From: Octopus sinensis
Taxonomy: Eukaryota
Direction of reading: 5' to 3'
Assembly: GCF_006345805.1 (NCBI RefSeq)
Contig: NW_021833149.1
Span: forward strand, 1-29,212
Length of the DNA stretch: 29,212 nucleotides
Numbering within the stretch: the stretch's first letter is position 1; each line of letters opens with the position of its first letter. Both the position numbers and the translations under genes were made by a program. Positions 1 to 10,389 of this stretch are shown piece by piece. The notes beneath the pieces were generated by a model. The model was given only the letters and a program-made list of their open reading frames with translations, made no database searches and was not told the origin of the DNA.

Positions 1-179
1 CATGCACATATATGTGTGTGTTGCGTGTGTAAGTCTGTACGTTTGTATTATGTCAGTCGAAACAGCGTGTCTCAGGCTAATCAGTTTGTAAATAAATTTA
101 CATGTGTACATTAAAGAGATATACATTTAGCTTAGCTATGCAATCACCCTGCATGCTTCAACAGCATGACTCTCTCCCC

Positions 180-216
<37 letters not shown>

Positions 217-261
217 ACTTGAACATCTCGACTAGTTTCCTCTCTCTCAACTGAATTCAGT

Positions 262-443
262 GGAGGCGCAATGGCCCAGTGGTTAGATCAGCGGACTCTC
301 GGTCGAAGGATCGCGACTTCGATTCCCAGAACGGGTGCTCTGTGTGTTTATTGAGCGAAAACACCTATAAGCTCCACGAGGCTCCGGCAGGAGATGGTGG
401 CGACCCCTGCTGCACTCTTTCGCCACAACTTTCTTTCACTCTC
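262..443 (+). mobile_element. tRNA-derived SINE (family T), head and body, 3'-truncated
   Basis: A box TGGCCCAGTGG, B-box-like TTCGATTCCC, and body ctccacgaggctccggcagg...ccacaactttct shared with copies at 1327-1704, 1812-2062 and 11843-12142. Confidence 0.85.
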
Positions 444-454
444 TGTTTTTTTTC

Positions 455-588
455 TGTTACCCCTTTACTTCACTCATTTGACGGTCATGCTGGAGCACCG
501 CCTTGTACTTATTTTATCGGTGTCGTTTGCCAAAATGCTAAGTTACAGGGACGTAAACACACCCACACCGGTTGACAAGACGCAAAGG

Positions 589-642
<54 letters not shown>

Positions 643-862
643 CTATATATCTATATATATATATTATATTATATTATAATAATATCTATATATATATATA
701 TACGATGGGCTTCTTTCAGTTTCCGTCTACCAAATCCTTTCAGAAAGCTTTGATCGACCCAAGGTTATAGTAGAAGACATTTACCCAAGGTACCATACAG
801 TGGGACTGAACCCGGAACCATCTGGAGGGAGGCAAGCTTCTTACCACACAGCCATGCCAGCG
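455..862 (-). mobile_element. SINE family A, diverged copy with internal (CA)/(TA) tract
   Basis: Matches the reverse complement of 10507-10917 (gggcttctttcagtttccgtctaccaaatcc..., catgctggagcaccgcc). Confidence 0.85.
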
Positions 863-1326
863 AATGATTGTTTTTGTATTCATTTCTATTACACAAAAAA
901 TATATACAATTTTTCATTCATCTGATGAGTTACCCTATACTTTTGTAGAGTACAAATTTAATATCCTTATACAAGAACCGCTCCTGACAGTGACTTCGAA
1001 GTCACTGTTAAGAACATTATTGTATAAAAATAACATACATATAATAGGAAAAGCGAAAAAACACACATGTGTTTATTACTGATGACATGTGTAATTCATT
1101 GAAACACGTGTGTGTAAAAGCATGAAAAATATCCATAGAGACTTCTGCATTTCTCATAATGTAACGTGGCTCGTATTCTATAATCCAGCTTATCCTACGA
1201 TGTTGTGACTGTATTTATGTCGAATTATAGGAGTTTAAAGTAGTATCAAATAATGAGCCCTAAAATTGGCGGTAGCATTTCATGCGTGATAGCACATTGC
1301 TGATTGTGTGTGTATCTGTAGGACTC

Positions 1327-1704
1327 GATGGAAGCACTCCGTCGGTTACGACGACGAGGGTTCCGGTTGATCCGAATCAACGGAACAGCCTGCTCGTGAA
1401 ATTAACGTGTAAGTGGCTGAGCACTCCACAGACACGTGTACCCTTAACGTAGTTCTCGGGGATATTCAGTGTGACACAGAAAGTGACAAGGCCGGCCCTT
1501 TGAAATACAGGTACAACAGAAACAGGAAGTAAGAGTGAGAGAAAGTTGTGGTGAAAGAGTACAGCAGGGATCACCATCATCCCCTGCCGGAGCCTCGTGG
1601 AGCTTTAGGTGTTTTCGCTCAATAAAGACTCACAACGCCCGGTCTGGGAATCGAAACCGCGATCCTATGACCGCGAGTCCGCTGCCCTAACCACTGGGCC
1701 ATTG
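1327..1704 (-). mobile_element. tRNA-derived SINE (family T, tail type 1), near full length
   Basis: The reverse complement begins caatggcccagtggttagggcagcggactcgcggtcataggatcgcggtttcgattccc, with A and B boxes. Its head and body match 262-443. Confidence 0.9.
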
Positions 1705-1811
1705 TAGGGCTAATATACGAGATATAAGTATAAATATATTTTGTGTGTGCGCGCGCTTGTTCGTTTGTAGATACATGTGTATGCGTGTACTGATGTGTGC
1801 ATGTTATACAT

Positions 1812-2062
1812 GTTGTTGTTTGTGCCTTCTCGGGCCATACCTGGCTCACATGGGCCGCTTTCCCGATTTCACTGTTTGATTGGCGTATAGGTTCCCCACC
1901 TGGCAAGCTGTTAGATGCAGGAAGAAAGAGTGAGAGAAAGTAGTGGCGGGCGAGTCAGCATAAGTTCACCTTTACCCTTTGCCAGAGCCGCGTGGTACTT
2001 GGGTGTTTCGCTCATAAACACATACACACATCAGCCGGTCTGAAATTTGAACCAGCGATCCC
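1812..2062 (-). mobile_element. tRNA-derived SINE (family T, tail type 2), diverged
   Basis: The reverse complement aligns to the body and tail of 11843-12142 (ggggaacctatacgcc..., cgagaagg.acaaacaac). Confidence 0.75.
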
Positions 2063-3315
2063 ATTAAGGGTATGCAAATTAGAACCTCCAGTTCTCTGTG
2101 CTTACTGGGTTTGTTTAGTATATAAACAAATCGGCTGCTCATATTTTAGTATTGGTCAAACTGATGTAAACACTTTTGCTGGGAACCCGATCAGGTTCGA
2201 TATTCGTTGAGGGAGAAATAAATAAATTTACCCTGTTTATAAGCTACTATATAGGTTATAGATATGGATGCATACGTACAGACTTACATGTACATTCATG
2301 CTGTCATATGTATTTCTTCATACGAGTGTCCGTAAGTTCTTGTTTTATTTACCTCATCTTTTCCTTTTTGTACGTGTGTCAGATCAGTTGTGTATTTGTG
2401 CAATCAAATATTTGTCTCTTCAGATCCTCTATCTATACCTCATAAAGAAAAAAAAAATCTAAAAACGAAACTTGTGCTGAAGATAGTCTTAATGTAGCCA
2501 ATCTGATGTGTTTATGTTTAACATTTGATTGAAAGCCAGACATAATTCAACACTTGAGAGCGATCACACGTAAGAAGCCATCTGCTTGTTTCATCTCTGC
2601 GGAGGAATTATTTCCAGTGATAAGAAAATGTTTCAACGAAAGAAATTTAGCAAAGAATTCCCTAGTTCACTACGGCTTACGATGAGAAAATTTACGCGTC
2701 AACCGACAAAGAATTCGCCATCATTGTTAATAGGCGAGATCGTAAGATAGAACAAACACTTCACTTTACAGATAAAACTACTGGAGCCATCAGCGTGTAA
2801 AAAGACTATGCTTATGAGAGGGTTGTGTCAATGGTTGTGGATGAGGTTTTTCATTGAAGTTGGTGCTTGGGAGAACGGCAGTGTGTGAGTATTTGAACGT
2901 CAATATGTTTTAATGTGTGTATGTAAGTGCGATTTATAAAAAGACGATGGCAAAAATTAGATTGCATTGTTATTCTTGTCGCTTTTATTGTTGTTTCTAA
3001 TTTGCAGGAATCATAAAAGAGCATTAACGCAAGTAATTTGAAACCGCTTCCATTATATCTTCGTTCAAGTAGATAAAAAAAATTACTGCAGTTTGCTGTT
3101 CGTTTAGCTCTTGAACAAACGTGACCAAAATGAAGGCTTCAGCAGGGCGGAGTAGATGTTAGAAATTTAGTGGTGGCGCTGTAGTGTTTATGATAGAGTT
3201 GGTGGTGACGGTGGTAGCGGTGATGCTGGGACGGGTGCCGATTGTGGTGGCATTGTTGTTGGTAGAAATAGTGGCGGCGATGGTGATAGTGGTGGTGGTA
3301 GTGGCAGTGATGTTG

Positions 3316-3347
<32 letters not shown>

Positions 3348-3737
3348 AGTACAGTGTGATGTAATATAGATAGTGGGAGCGGCGTCGGTGGTGGCAGTGG
3401 TGGCAGTGGTGGAAGTAGACTGTAATGTAATCCTTGTGGTAGTGGAGATGGTTAGGGTGGTGGTGGAGGAGTTGATGGCGATGTTAGTGGTGGCGTCGGT
3501 GGCGGTTTTGGTGGTGCCGGTGGCAGGGTGGAGGGTGCAAAGAGGGGCTTCTCTTTTCGGTGAGGTATTGTCTTCTAACAATAACTTAGCTTGTTTCCTA
3601 TCTTCTAGCTTTGATGAAATTACCAAAATAGACGTTCAGTGCGTAAAATGTGATGTTATTTGTGAATAAACATATTTACGTGTGTGTAAAAACATAGATC
3701 ATACTTGTAAATTTATAATGGTGCTATGTAAGCTGGT

Positions 3738-3845
3738 GAGGGCACGTGGCCTAGTAGTGGTTAAGGCGTTGCACGCACGATCGTAGGATTACGGTTTCGA
3801 TTCCCGGACCGGGTGATGTATTTTGTTTCTGAGCGAAACACTTCA
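3738..3845 (+). mobile_element. SINE tRNA-like head fragment
   Basis: tggcctagtagtggtta...ggtttcgattcccggaccggg...gagcgaaacac resembles the family T head. Confidence 0.7.
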
Positions 3846-4409
3846 TTAAAACTTCCGCCCCCACCCCCCAACAGCTGTTTTTTTCACATTTTTCTTCTTT
3901 AGATACAAATCCCTTTTTTCGGCAAAGGGAAAATACGAAACAGCAAAAAAAAAAACTGGCGTTTCGACATTGATTGGTCTCTTCGGTGACGATTATTCCG
4001 TGATATTCGTTCTGAGTGAACTCTTGTGTTTTTAACACAAAGTTTCTTTGAGAAGTTTCTCTGAAACTAAGTATTACAGCTCGTGCCGTTTTGCAGGTGT
4101 ATATACATCATTAAAAAATATTTCTAAAATGTCTGTACATTATAAAAACAAATTGTATACATAATGATATTTTAAACTAAGGTTGTTTAAAGTACATTTA
4201 TTTCATTTCGTATGATTTACCATTATAATCAGTTTTCTTCTTTCTGTTTTTAAATGCAGTTAATCAATTTTTCTTCCCATCCAACACGTTTTGCTCGTAA
4301 TTTATATGTTATCTTGATCTGTAACATTGTATCTTATCTTAAACTTATCTTAAACTCATCTTAGCTTTTCATTATATCTTATCTTTGTGTTCTATCTTAT
4401 CTTTTACAG

Positions 4410-4437
4410 ATGTCTCTGCTGGTGGGATTATCAACAG
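4410..4437 (+). CDS. Possible micro-exon encoding the end of a signal peptide (MSLLVGLSTG)
   Basis: A long pyrimidine-rich tract (about 4310-4409) ends in ttttacag. ATGTCTCTGCTGGTGGGATTATCAACAG is followed by the weak donor GTCGGT. The phase-1 end joins 6416 in frame (MSLLVGLSTG-LSCGKQ). It is too short to be a whole signal peptide. Confidence 0.3.
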
Positions 4438-4455
4438 GTCGGTACACATCGTTAC

Positions 4456-4497
4456 CTACTTACGTCGCTCTACACACTACTTACGTCGCTCTACACA
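4456..4497. repeat. Exact 21-bp tandem duplication CTACTTACGTCGCTCTACACA
   Basis: Units at 4456-4476 and 4477-4497. Confidence 0.95.
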
Positions 4498-4741
4498 CAC
4501 TCTCTAACTCTCACTTCAATTCTCTTTACCTGTTCTCTTTCCCCTCTGTCTGTTTCTCTCTCTCTCCTTCTCTCTCTCTCTCTTCTTAATCGAACTTACA
4601 TAAACCATCTTAACTATATCATCTTCAATAAGAGCGATACCACTGTTGCTGTTAACGAGAGACGATTCTTATAAGCATTTCATTTGTTATTCTACGAGTG
4701 TATGCCTTTTTCACAACGTATTTTGACAGAAATATATAGAT

Positions 4742-4783
<42 letters not shown>

Positions 4784-4790
4784 GCGCACG

Positions 4791-4822
<32 letters not shown>

Positions 4823-4849
4823 TACATTCACAGACAGACAAACAGACAA

Positions 4850-4896
<47 letters not shown>

Positions 4897-4909
4897 CATT
4901 GACGGACAT

Positions 4910-4980
<71 letters not shown>
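4742..4980. repeat. Compound (CA)n / (GACA) / (TAGA)n microsatellite
   Basis: Read directly from the sequence. Confidence 0.95.
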
Positions 4981-4981
<1 letters not shown>

Positions 4982-4985
4982 GACG

Positions 4986-5129
4986 TAACCTCTAATTGCT
5001 CACTCAGCTTGCTAGAAATAGCAGCCACGCATCCCACCAATTGCATACTATCCTTCTTAGAAAACGAAGAATACATTGGGCGATGTAGTCTTAGATACAT
5101 CATGCATGACAATGAAGAGTAATCAAACC
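4986..5129 (+). repeat. 144-bp direct repeat, copy 1 (copy 2 at 6131-6269)
   Basis: Both copies read ctctaattgctcactc...gctagaaatagcagccacgcatcccaccaattgcat...atgacaatgaagagtaatcaaacc. Confidence 0.9.
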
Positions 5130-5355
5130 GTGACTCTCCTCTATCCTCTTCTCTCCATGACATTTTCCCAATATTTTCTTCGCTTCAAGAGAGCAATGTT
5201 GTATTTGAGGGAGATTTGGCTGTTAATCACGCAGAATAAATCAATATATATGTGGAAGCTCTTTCGTTGATTCGATAGCTTTTTTTGTGTTTCGATCCCT
5301 GGTGTTGACACGTCCCTTCTCTAACGTAACGTCAGTGATATCATTAAGAAAAGAA

Positions 5356-5586
5356 GGCGGTGAGCTGGCAGAAACGTTAGCACGTCGGGCGAAATGCGTA
5401 GCCGTATTTCGTCTGCCGTTACGTTCTGAGTTCAAATTCCGCCGAGGTCGACTTTGCCTTTCATCCTTTCGGGGTCGATAAATTAAGTACCAGTTACGCA
5501 CTGGGATCGATATAATCGACTTAATCCGTTTGTCTGTCCTTGTTTATCCCGTCTGTGTTTAGCCCCCTGTGGGTAGTAAAGAAATA
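5356..5586 (+). mobile_element. tRNA-derived SINE family B with 19-bp target-site duplication
   Basis: Head ggcggtgagctggcagaaacgttag and B box GTTCAAATTCC. Flanked by identical GATATCATTAAGAAAAGAA at 5337-5355 and 5587-5605. Confidence 0.92.
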
Positions 5587-6130
5587 GATATCATTAAGAA
5601 AAGAATGAGTGCCACAACTTCGTATTTATTCCATTGTCAACTAAATTCGTGCTTCTTCCACCCCAACCACTTTTTAATCGTTATTTTTCGTTGTGTCTGA
5701 AAGAAGATAAAATACATTCAGATTCCAAAAACCATAAAAAGTGTTGATGAAGAATAGATTTACAAAAAAAAAAAGAAAGAAAAACATGAAAATCTTCGAT
5801 AGAAATATTTTCCGAGTTAATTCAAATAACGTTGGAATGAAAAGAACGAATTTGACAAGTCAATATAATGTTTTGTATTAGGTTTGTAAGTTTCTTGACG
5901 TCATTACGCCACTAACATACACACGCACTGATTCGATTTCACTTCTTTGTTATTAGTTGATTAGTTATTTAACCAATTAACAAATCGATTATTTGCCTCA
6001 TCAGTCGGTTAATCAATCAATCGTTTGACAAAATCCTTTCGTCGCCACTTGCAATATCATTAGTGATATGCACTCTTCCAAGTCTTCGATTGGTTAACTG
6101 ACTGATCGATTAGTTAGTTGGCCAAATACC

Positions 6131-6269
6131 TAATCTCTAATTGCTCACTCGACTTGCTAGAAATAGCAGCCACGCATCCCACCAATTGCATGCTTTCCTT
6201 CTTAAAAACGAAGAACACATTGATGTAATCTTAGATACATCATGTATGACAATGAAGAGTAATCAAACC
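6131..6269 (+). repeat. Direct repeat, copy 2 (of 4986-5129)
   Basis: Near-identical to 4986-5129, with a few substitutions and small indels. Confidence 0.9.
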
Positions 6270-6415
6270 TATAAATAATGAAGTGAAATTGAACCAGTGT
6301 GTGTGTTTATTATTGGCATAATGACCCACAAAATCCAACCACTATAACGTATTTAATAGACAATAGACACACATACCGTGTTTTGTTTTATATTTACATG
6401 ATTCTTTCGCTTCAG

Positions 6416-6997
6416 GTCTTTCGTGCGGAAAACAAGGAGCAGACATTGTCTTCGCTTTAGACGCGTCTTACAGTATTTGGCCGGTCCATTTCCAGAAGCA
6501 GTTACAATTTGTGGTGAATGTCGTAGAACAGTTCCCCATTGGTACCAAACAAAGTGACTTCCATGTTGCTGTAGTAACGTATAGCGAGAACATCACCGTT
6601 CACTTTAACCTGCGTGACTACTTCCACAAGCATCAATTAAAAAAAGCCGTTATGCGGATCACCCAGTACTCCCCCGGGGGAACTTACACCCACAAGGCCC
6701 TCGAATATATACGCCGACAGATGTTCACCGTTCGCAACGGAGGACGAACCTATTCGGATAAAATCGTTGTGGTAATCACGGATGGATTGTCACAGGACCC
6801 AAAAGCTACACGAACTGAAGCAGCACGAGCGCATTACGAAGGCATTCAAATTTTTGCCATCGGCGTCGGAGCAGGCGTAGATAAACATGAACTAGAGATG
6901 ATAGCTTCATCACCGCCTCGGAATCACGTGTTTACAGTGGATAACTATTCAATTCTTAATTCGATTAAACGGAAGGTGGCCAGGGAAACGTGCAAAG
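6416..6997 (+). CDS. Coding exon encoding one complete VWA domain of a matrilin/collagen VI-like extracellular matrix protein
   Basis: Acceptor ttctttcgcttcag ends at 6415; donor G|GTGAGT at 6998. Length 582 nt, phase 1-1, open frame LSCGKQGADIVFALDASYSIW...GGTYTHKAL...VVITDGLS...FAIGVG...VARETCK. MIDAS DxSxS (DASYS), Thr and TDG are present, and Cys residues bracket the domain. Confidence 0.93.
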
Positions 6998-7020
6998 GTG
7001 AGTATATAGTGTTATCTAAT

Positions 7021-7128
7021 CACGCACACACACACACACACACACACTCACACACACACATACATACATACATACATACATACATACATACATACATACA
7101 TACATACATACATACACACACACAGACA
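7021..7128. repeat. (CA)n/(CATA)n microsatellite just inside the intron after VWA exon 1
   Basis: Read directly; it accounts for the HTHT/YIHT extension of ORF 6511..7263. Confidence 0.95.
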
Positions 7129-7611
7129 CACTGCCTAAGGGTCAACCTTGAGAAATTAGGCTTCCCAAAACCAGAGAGGAAAAAGCGTATTAAAACATTG
7201 CAGATACAAACCATCAGTGGAACTGTAAAAATTTGTAAAACTCTCAAAAAGTTTAGCATTTAAGTGTATATATACATGACCTGAATGGCAACTATACGCA
7301 TATAAATTATATACAAAGAAACAAAACATATAAATGTGCACGTGCACTGACTCCAGATCCCTCACATATAAACATATTCATTCAAAAATGCCCTGTTGAT
7401 GTTGTTGAAATTCTTTCCATGAAGTCTTAGATCTAGGATAGAAACCGGCTCTTTTTCTAATGGTAAGAAGTCTTGAAACAAAACTGAATAATGACATACA
7501 TACATACGTACAAAATACCCTGTTGATGTTCCAATGAAGGAAACTTCGATCTAGGTTAGAAACCATTTCTTTCTTTATTGGTAAGAAATCTTATAATAAA
7601 CTAAATGACTA

Positions 7612-7792
7612 ATATACATGCACACACACATACACATACATACATACACACATACACACACATACATACATACTTACATACATACACACACACATACATA
7701 CATACACATACATACACACACATACACACATATGCATACATACATACACACATATGCATACATACATACACACACATGCACATATACACACA

Positions 7793-7826
<34 letters not shown>

Positions 7827-7990
7827 CATACATACAAACATACATACATACACACACATACATACACACACACATATACATACACATACATACTTACATA
7901 CATACACACACACGTACACACACATACACACATATACATACATACACACACATACACATATACACACATACATACATATATACATACATG
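7612..7990. repeat. Long degenerate (CA)/(TACA) compound microsatellite
   Basis: Read directly; it is open in many frames because it contains no stop codons. Confidence 0.95.
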
Positions 7991-8387
7991 TATATTTGTG
8001 TACAGCTAGATGTAAAATTGCTGATGGTGAATTTAGAGTCCCGTATAAAATATCCCTACCCTGTCTGCTTCCAGTAAAACCATGTTGTTTGTACTGTACT
8101 GATTACCATCACCGGCTGTGATATACAGAGCAACGCTAGATGCAGTTCATATCATTTCTTCCCTACGCATGTTTCCCCATTGTGGATATTTGCATCCTCT
8201 GCGATAACTGTTCATAGTGCAGGTCCACGGCAGTTCTTCAGAGGAAACCATTATTACCTTGCGCTGACACACTGACGCAGATCCATTGTATTTGACTTAC
8301 TTATGCATGTATACATATATATGTGCGCAGGCATATACACACAGACACACATACAAACAAACACACATATTGGCCTGCGCACCTAGC

Positions 8388-8482
8388 TAGAGGGATGGCG
8401 CCATTCGAAAGCTAAAACAATGCGAAGCGCATTGTGACCAGCGATGTATAACAACATACGATAATCTAGTCGATAACGTGAT
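8388..8482 (+). mobile_element. 3' tail fragment of the CORE-like SINE seen at 11401
   Basis: ggcgccattcgaaagctaaaacaatgcgaagcgcattg matches 11601-11638, and cagcgat...acaacat...gtcgat.acgtgat matches 12177-12219. Confidence 0.75.
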
Positions 8483-8499
8483 GCCGTTATATGTATAAT

Positions 8500-8597
8500 T
8501 GTGTGTATGTATGTATGTATGTATGTATGTATGTATGTATGTATGTATGTGTGTATGTATGTATGTATGTATGTATGTATGTATGTATGTATGTATA
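8500..8597. repeat. (TATG)n microsatellite
   Basis: Read directly from the sequence. Confidence 0.95.
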
Positions 8598-9005
8598 TTT
8601 GTCCGGAGATGAATGTTCACAACGCGGCGACAAGGCAAAACGAGAATGAGTACAAGCCTCGGGGGAAAAAATGAATAAATTCAGTGTATGTTTTTATGTA
8701 GAAACGTGAAACAGTACTCAATACCTGATAGTAGAGTTTATTTATTCGTTCGAAATTCCTTATTCATTCCATTTCAGCCCACGAGAAACTCGGAGTCATG
8801 CTGCAATAAATCATCAGCAGTTTTCAGCAATATAAAGACATGAATGCAAATAGCTAGATAGATATGTTACAGAAAAATTGGAACACATGAGTGTGGGGTG
8901 AGGAAAGGTTGATTGGCTGAGAGTAAATCAGAAAGACTTATAGAGACTGACCTGTAGATAGTAGTACATAAATGTACTTCTATATAACCATAAAATAATG
9001 CATAA

Positions 9006-9006
<1 letters not shown>

Positions 9007-9080
<74 letters not shown>

Positions 9081-9254
9081 CATAAACTCAAACACGCATA
9101 TTTATATATATATGCGCGTGCAAATTTCTGCTGATTCAACAAGAAGCAATATGTGTGTGTGAGTGTGTGCATGTGCACGTGTGTGAGTGTATGTATGTCT
9201 ATATTACGCATGCATTTACCCATGTAAATGTGTGTGTGTGTGCGTGTATATATA

Positions 9255-9299
<45 letters not shown>

Positions 9300-9339
9300 T
9301 ACGCACACACATACCTATATAGATATACAGGTACACAAG

Positions 9340-9383
<44 letters not shown>

Positions 9384-9455
9384 CATACATACATATTTAT
9401 ATATACATACATATTTATATATGTATATGTATAGTTATGCGCATACCTATATACA
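9007..9455. repeat. Cluster of (CA)n, (TG)n and (TA)n microsatellites
   Basis: Read directly from the sequence. Confidence 0.9.
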
Positions 9456-9724
9456 CAGACATCATAGAAATGCACACCCTTACACACACACATCTCGTAG
9501 AAATGGAGAAATGACGCTAAAAAACATTTCGAGTTAACCTTTGTCATTCGAACCTTAGCAGTTCAGGTGTCCGTTTACTAAGACTGATTCATCACATAAC
9601 TTTAAAAAACAAACTTGGCATGACATAACATTTACTAAGTGCAAGACTGTAAGTCTAAACTAATCGATCATATTCTGTAAGGCCAAATTAAGTTGTTTCT
9701 TTTAGTCCAACTAGTTATTTTTTG

Positions 9725-9858
9725 GAGATGTACTCGCATAGCAAGTGATTTGATCTGAGATCGTGTGCTGAAACGAAAACAATTGCAGCGTGGAAGGTGT
9801 TTGTAAGCCATTTAAGAAACACACAAAAGCCGTTCGATTCACTTCAACATTTAAGTTT
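9725..9858. mobile_element. 134-bp insertion flanked by a 16-bp target-site duplication
   Basis: AACTAGTTATTTTTTG occurs at 9709-9724 and 9859-9874. The insert has no recognisable A/B box or terminal inverted repeat. Confidence 0.75.
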
Positions 9859-9993
9859 AACTAGTTATTTTTTGTTTTATATTTTTTCTCTTGAGCCCTG
9901 GGACACTCAAGGTATCTGGCTACTTTGCACGTACATATGACCGAAATCAGAACATTCACTAGCATAAGGGATGCCTATCTGTTGCAGGGATTA

Positions 9994-10370
9994 AGGCCTC
10001 TAATTTTGAGTGGAGGCAGAACAAGTCGATTGCATAGAACTTCAGTACTTGACTAGTATTTTATTTTATCGTCCCCGAAAGAATAAAAGGCAATTTTGAC
10101 CTCGGCCCGATTTGAACTCGGAATGCCGTTAAGCATTTTGTTCGACGTTGCTAACGATTCTTTTCTACTCTAGGTACAAGACCCGAAATAAGTGAAGAGG
10201 GGGCTGGTCGATTAGATCGAATCCAGTACGCAACTAATACCTAATTTATCGACCCCGAAAGGATGAAAGACAAAGTCGACTTCGGCGGAATTTGAACTCA
10301 GATCATAGTGGCAGACGACATAGCGCGAAGCATTTCGCCCGGCGTGCTAACGATATTGCCAGCTTGCCGT
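9994..10370 (-). mobile_element. Two head-to-tail SINE family B copies
   Basis: atcgaccccgaaaggatgaaag..aaagtcgac.tcggcggaatttgaactcag occurs twice (diverged) and is the reverse complement of 5356-5586. Confidence 0.85.
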
Positions 10371-10389
10371 TAATATGAAGGCTGGTAAA

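Noticed and set aside
262-340. tRNA genes at the A/B-box-containing heads (also at 1640-1704, 11401, 11843)
   Set aside because: The acceptor stems do not close, and each head continues into a shared SINE body, in one case with a target-site duplication.
2772-3160. Possible upstream first coding exons (ATG at about 2808 with donor GTGAGT at about 2885; ATGAAGGCT at about 3130)
   Set aside because: Neither gives a phase-compatible, signal-peptide-like frame to 4410 or 6416 with a good donor. They could be UTR but this is unsupported.
3159-3669. Thr-rich mucin-like minus-strand ORF and Val-rich plus-strand ORFs
   Set aside because: A degenerate (GGT/GTG/GTT) trinucleotide tract, antisense to the host gene, open in several frames, with no credible splice sites.
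6998-7263. C-terminal extension of ORF 6511..7263
   Set aside because: It lies past a consensus donor (G|GTGAGT) at the domain end and runs through a microsatellite, so it is intron read-through.
7601-8121. Six overlapping His/Thr/Tyr-rich or Val/Cys/Met-rich ORFs (tempting as cephalopod His-rich proteins)
   Set aside because: They are translations of a (CA)/(TACA) microsatellite, open in most frames on both strands, with no splice or codon-level support.
8778-8810. Acceptor-like atttcag at 8777 as another internal exon
   Set aside because: The phase-1 frame hits TAA after nine codons and there is no nearby donor.
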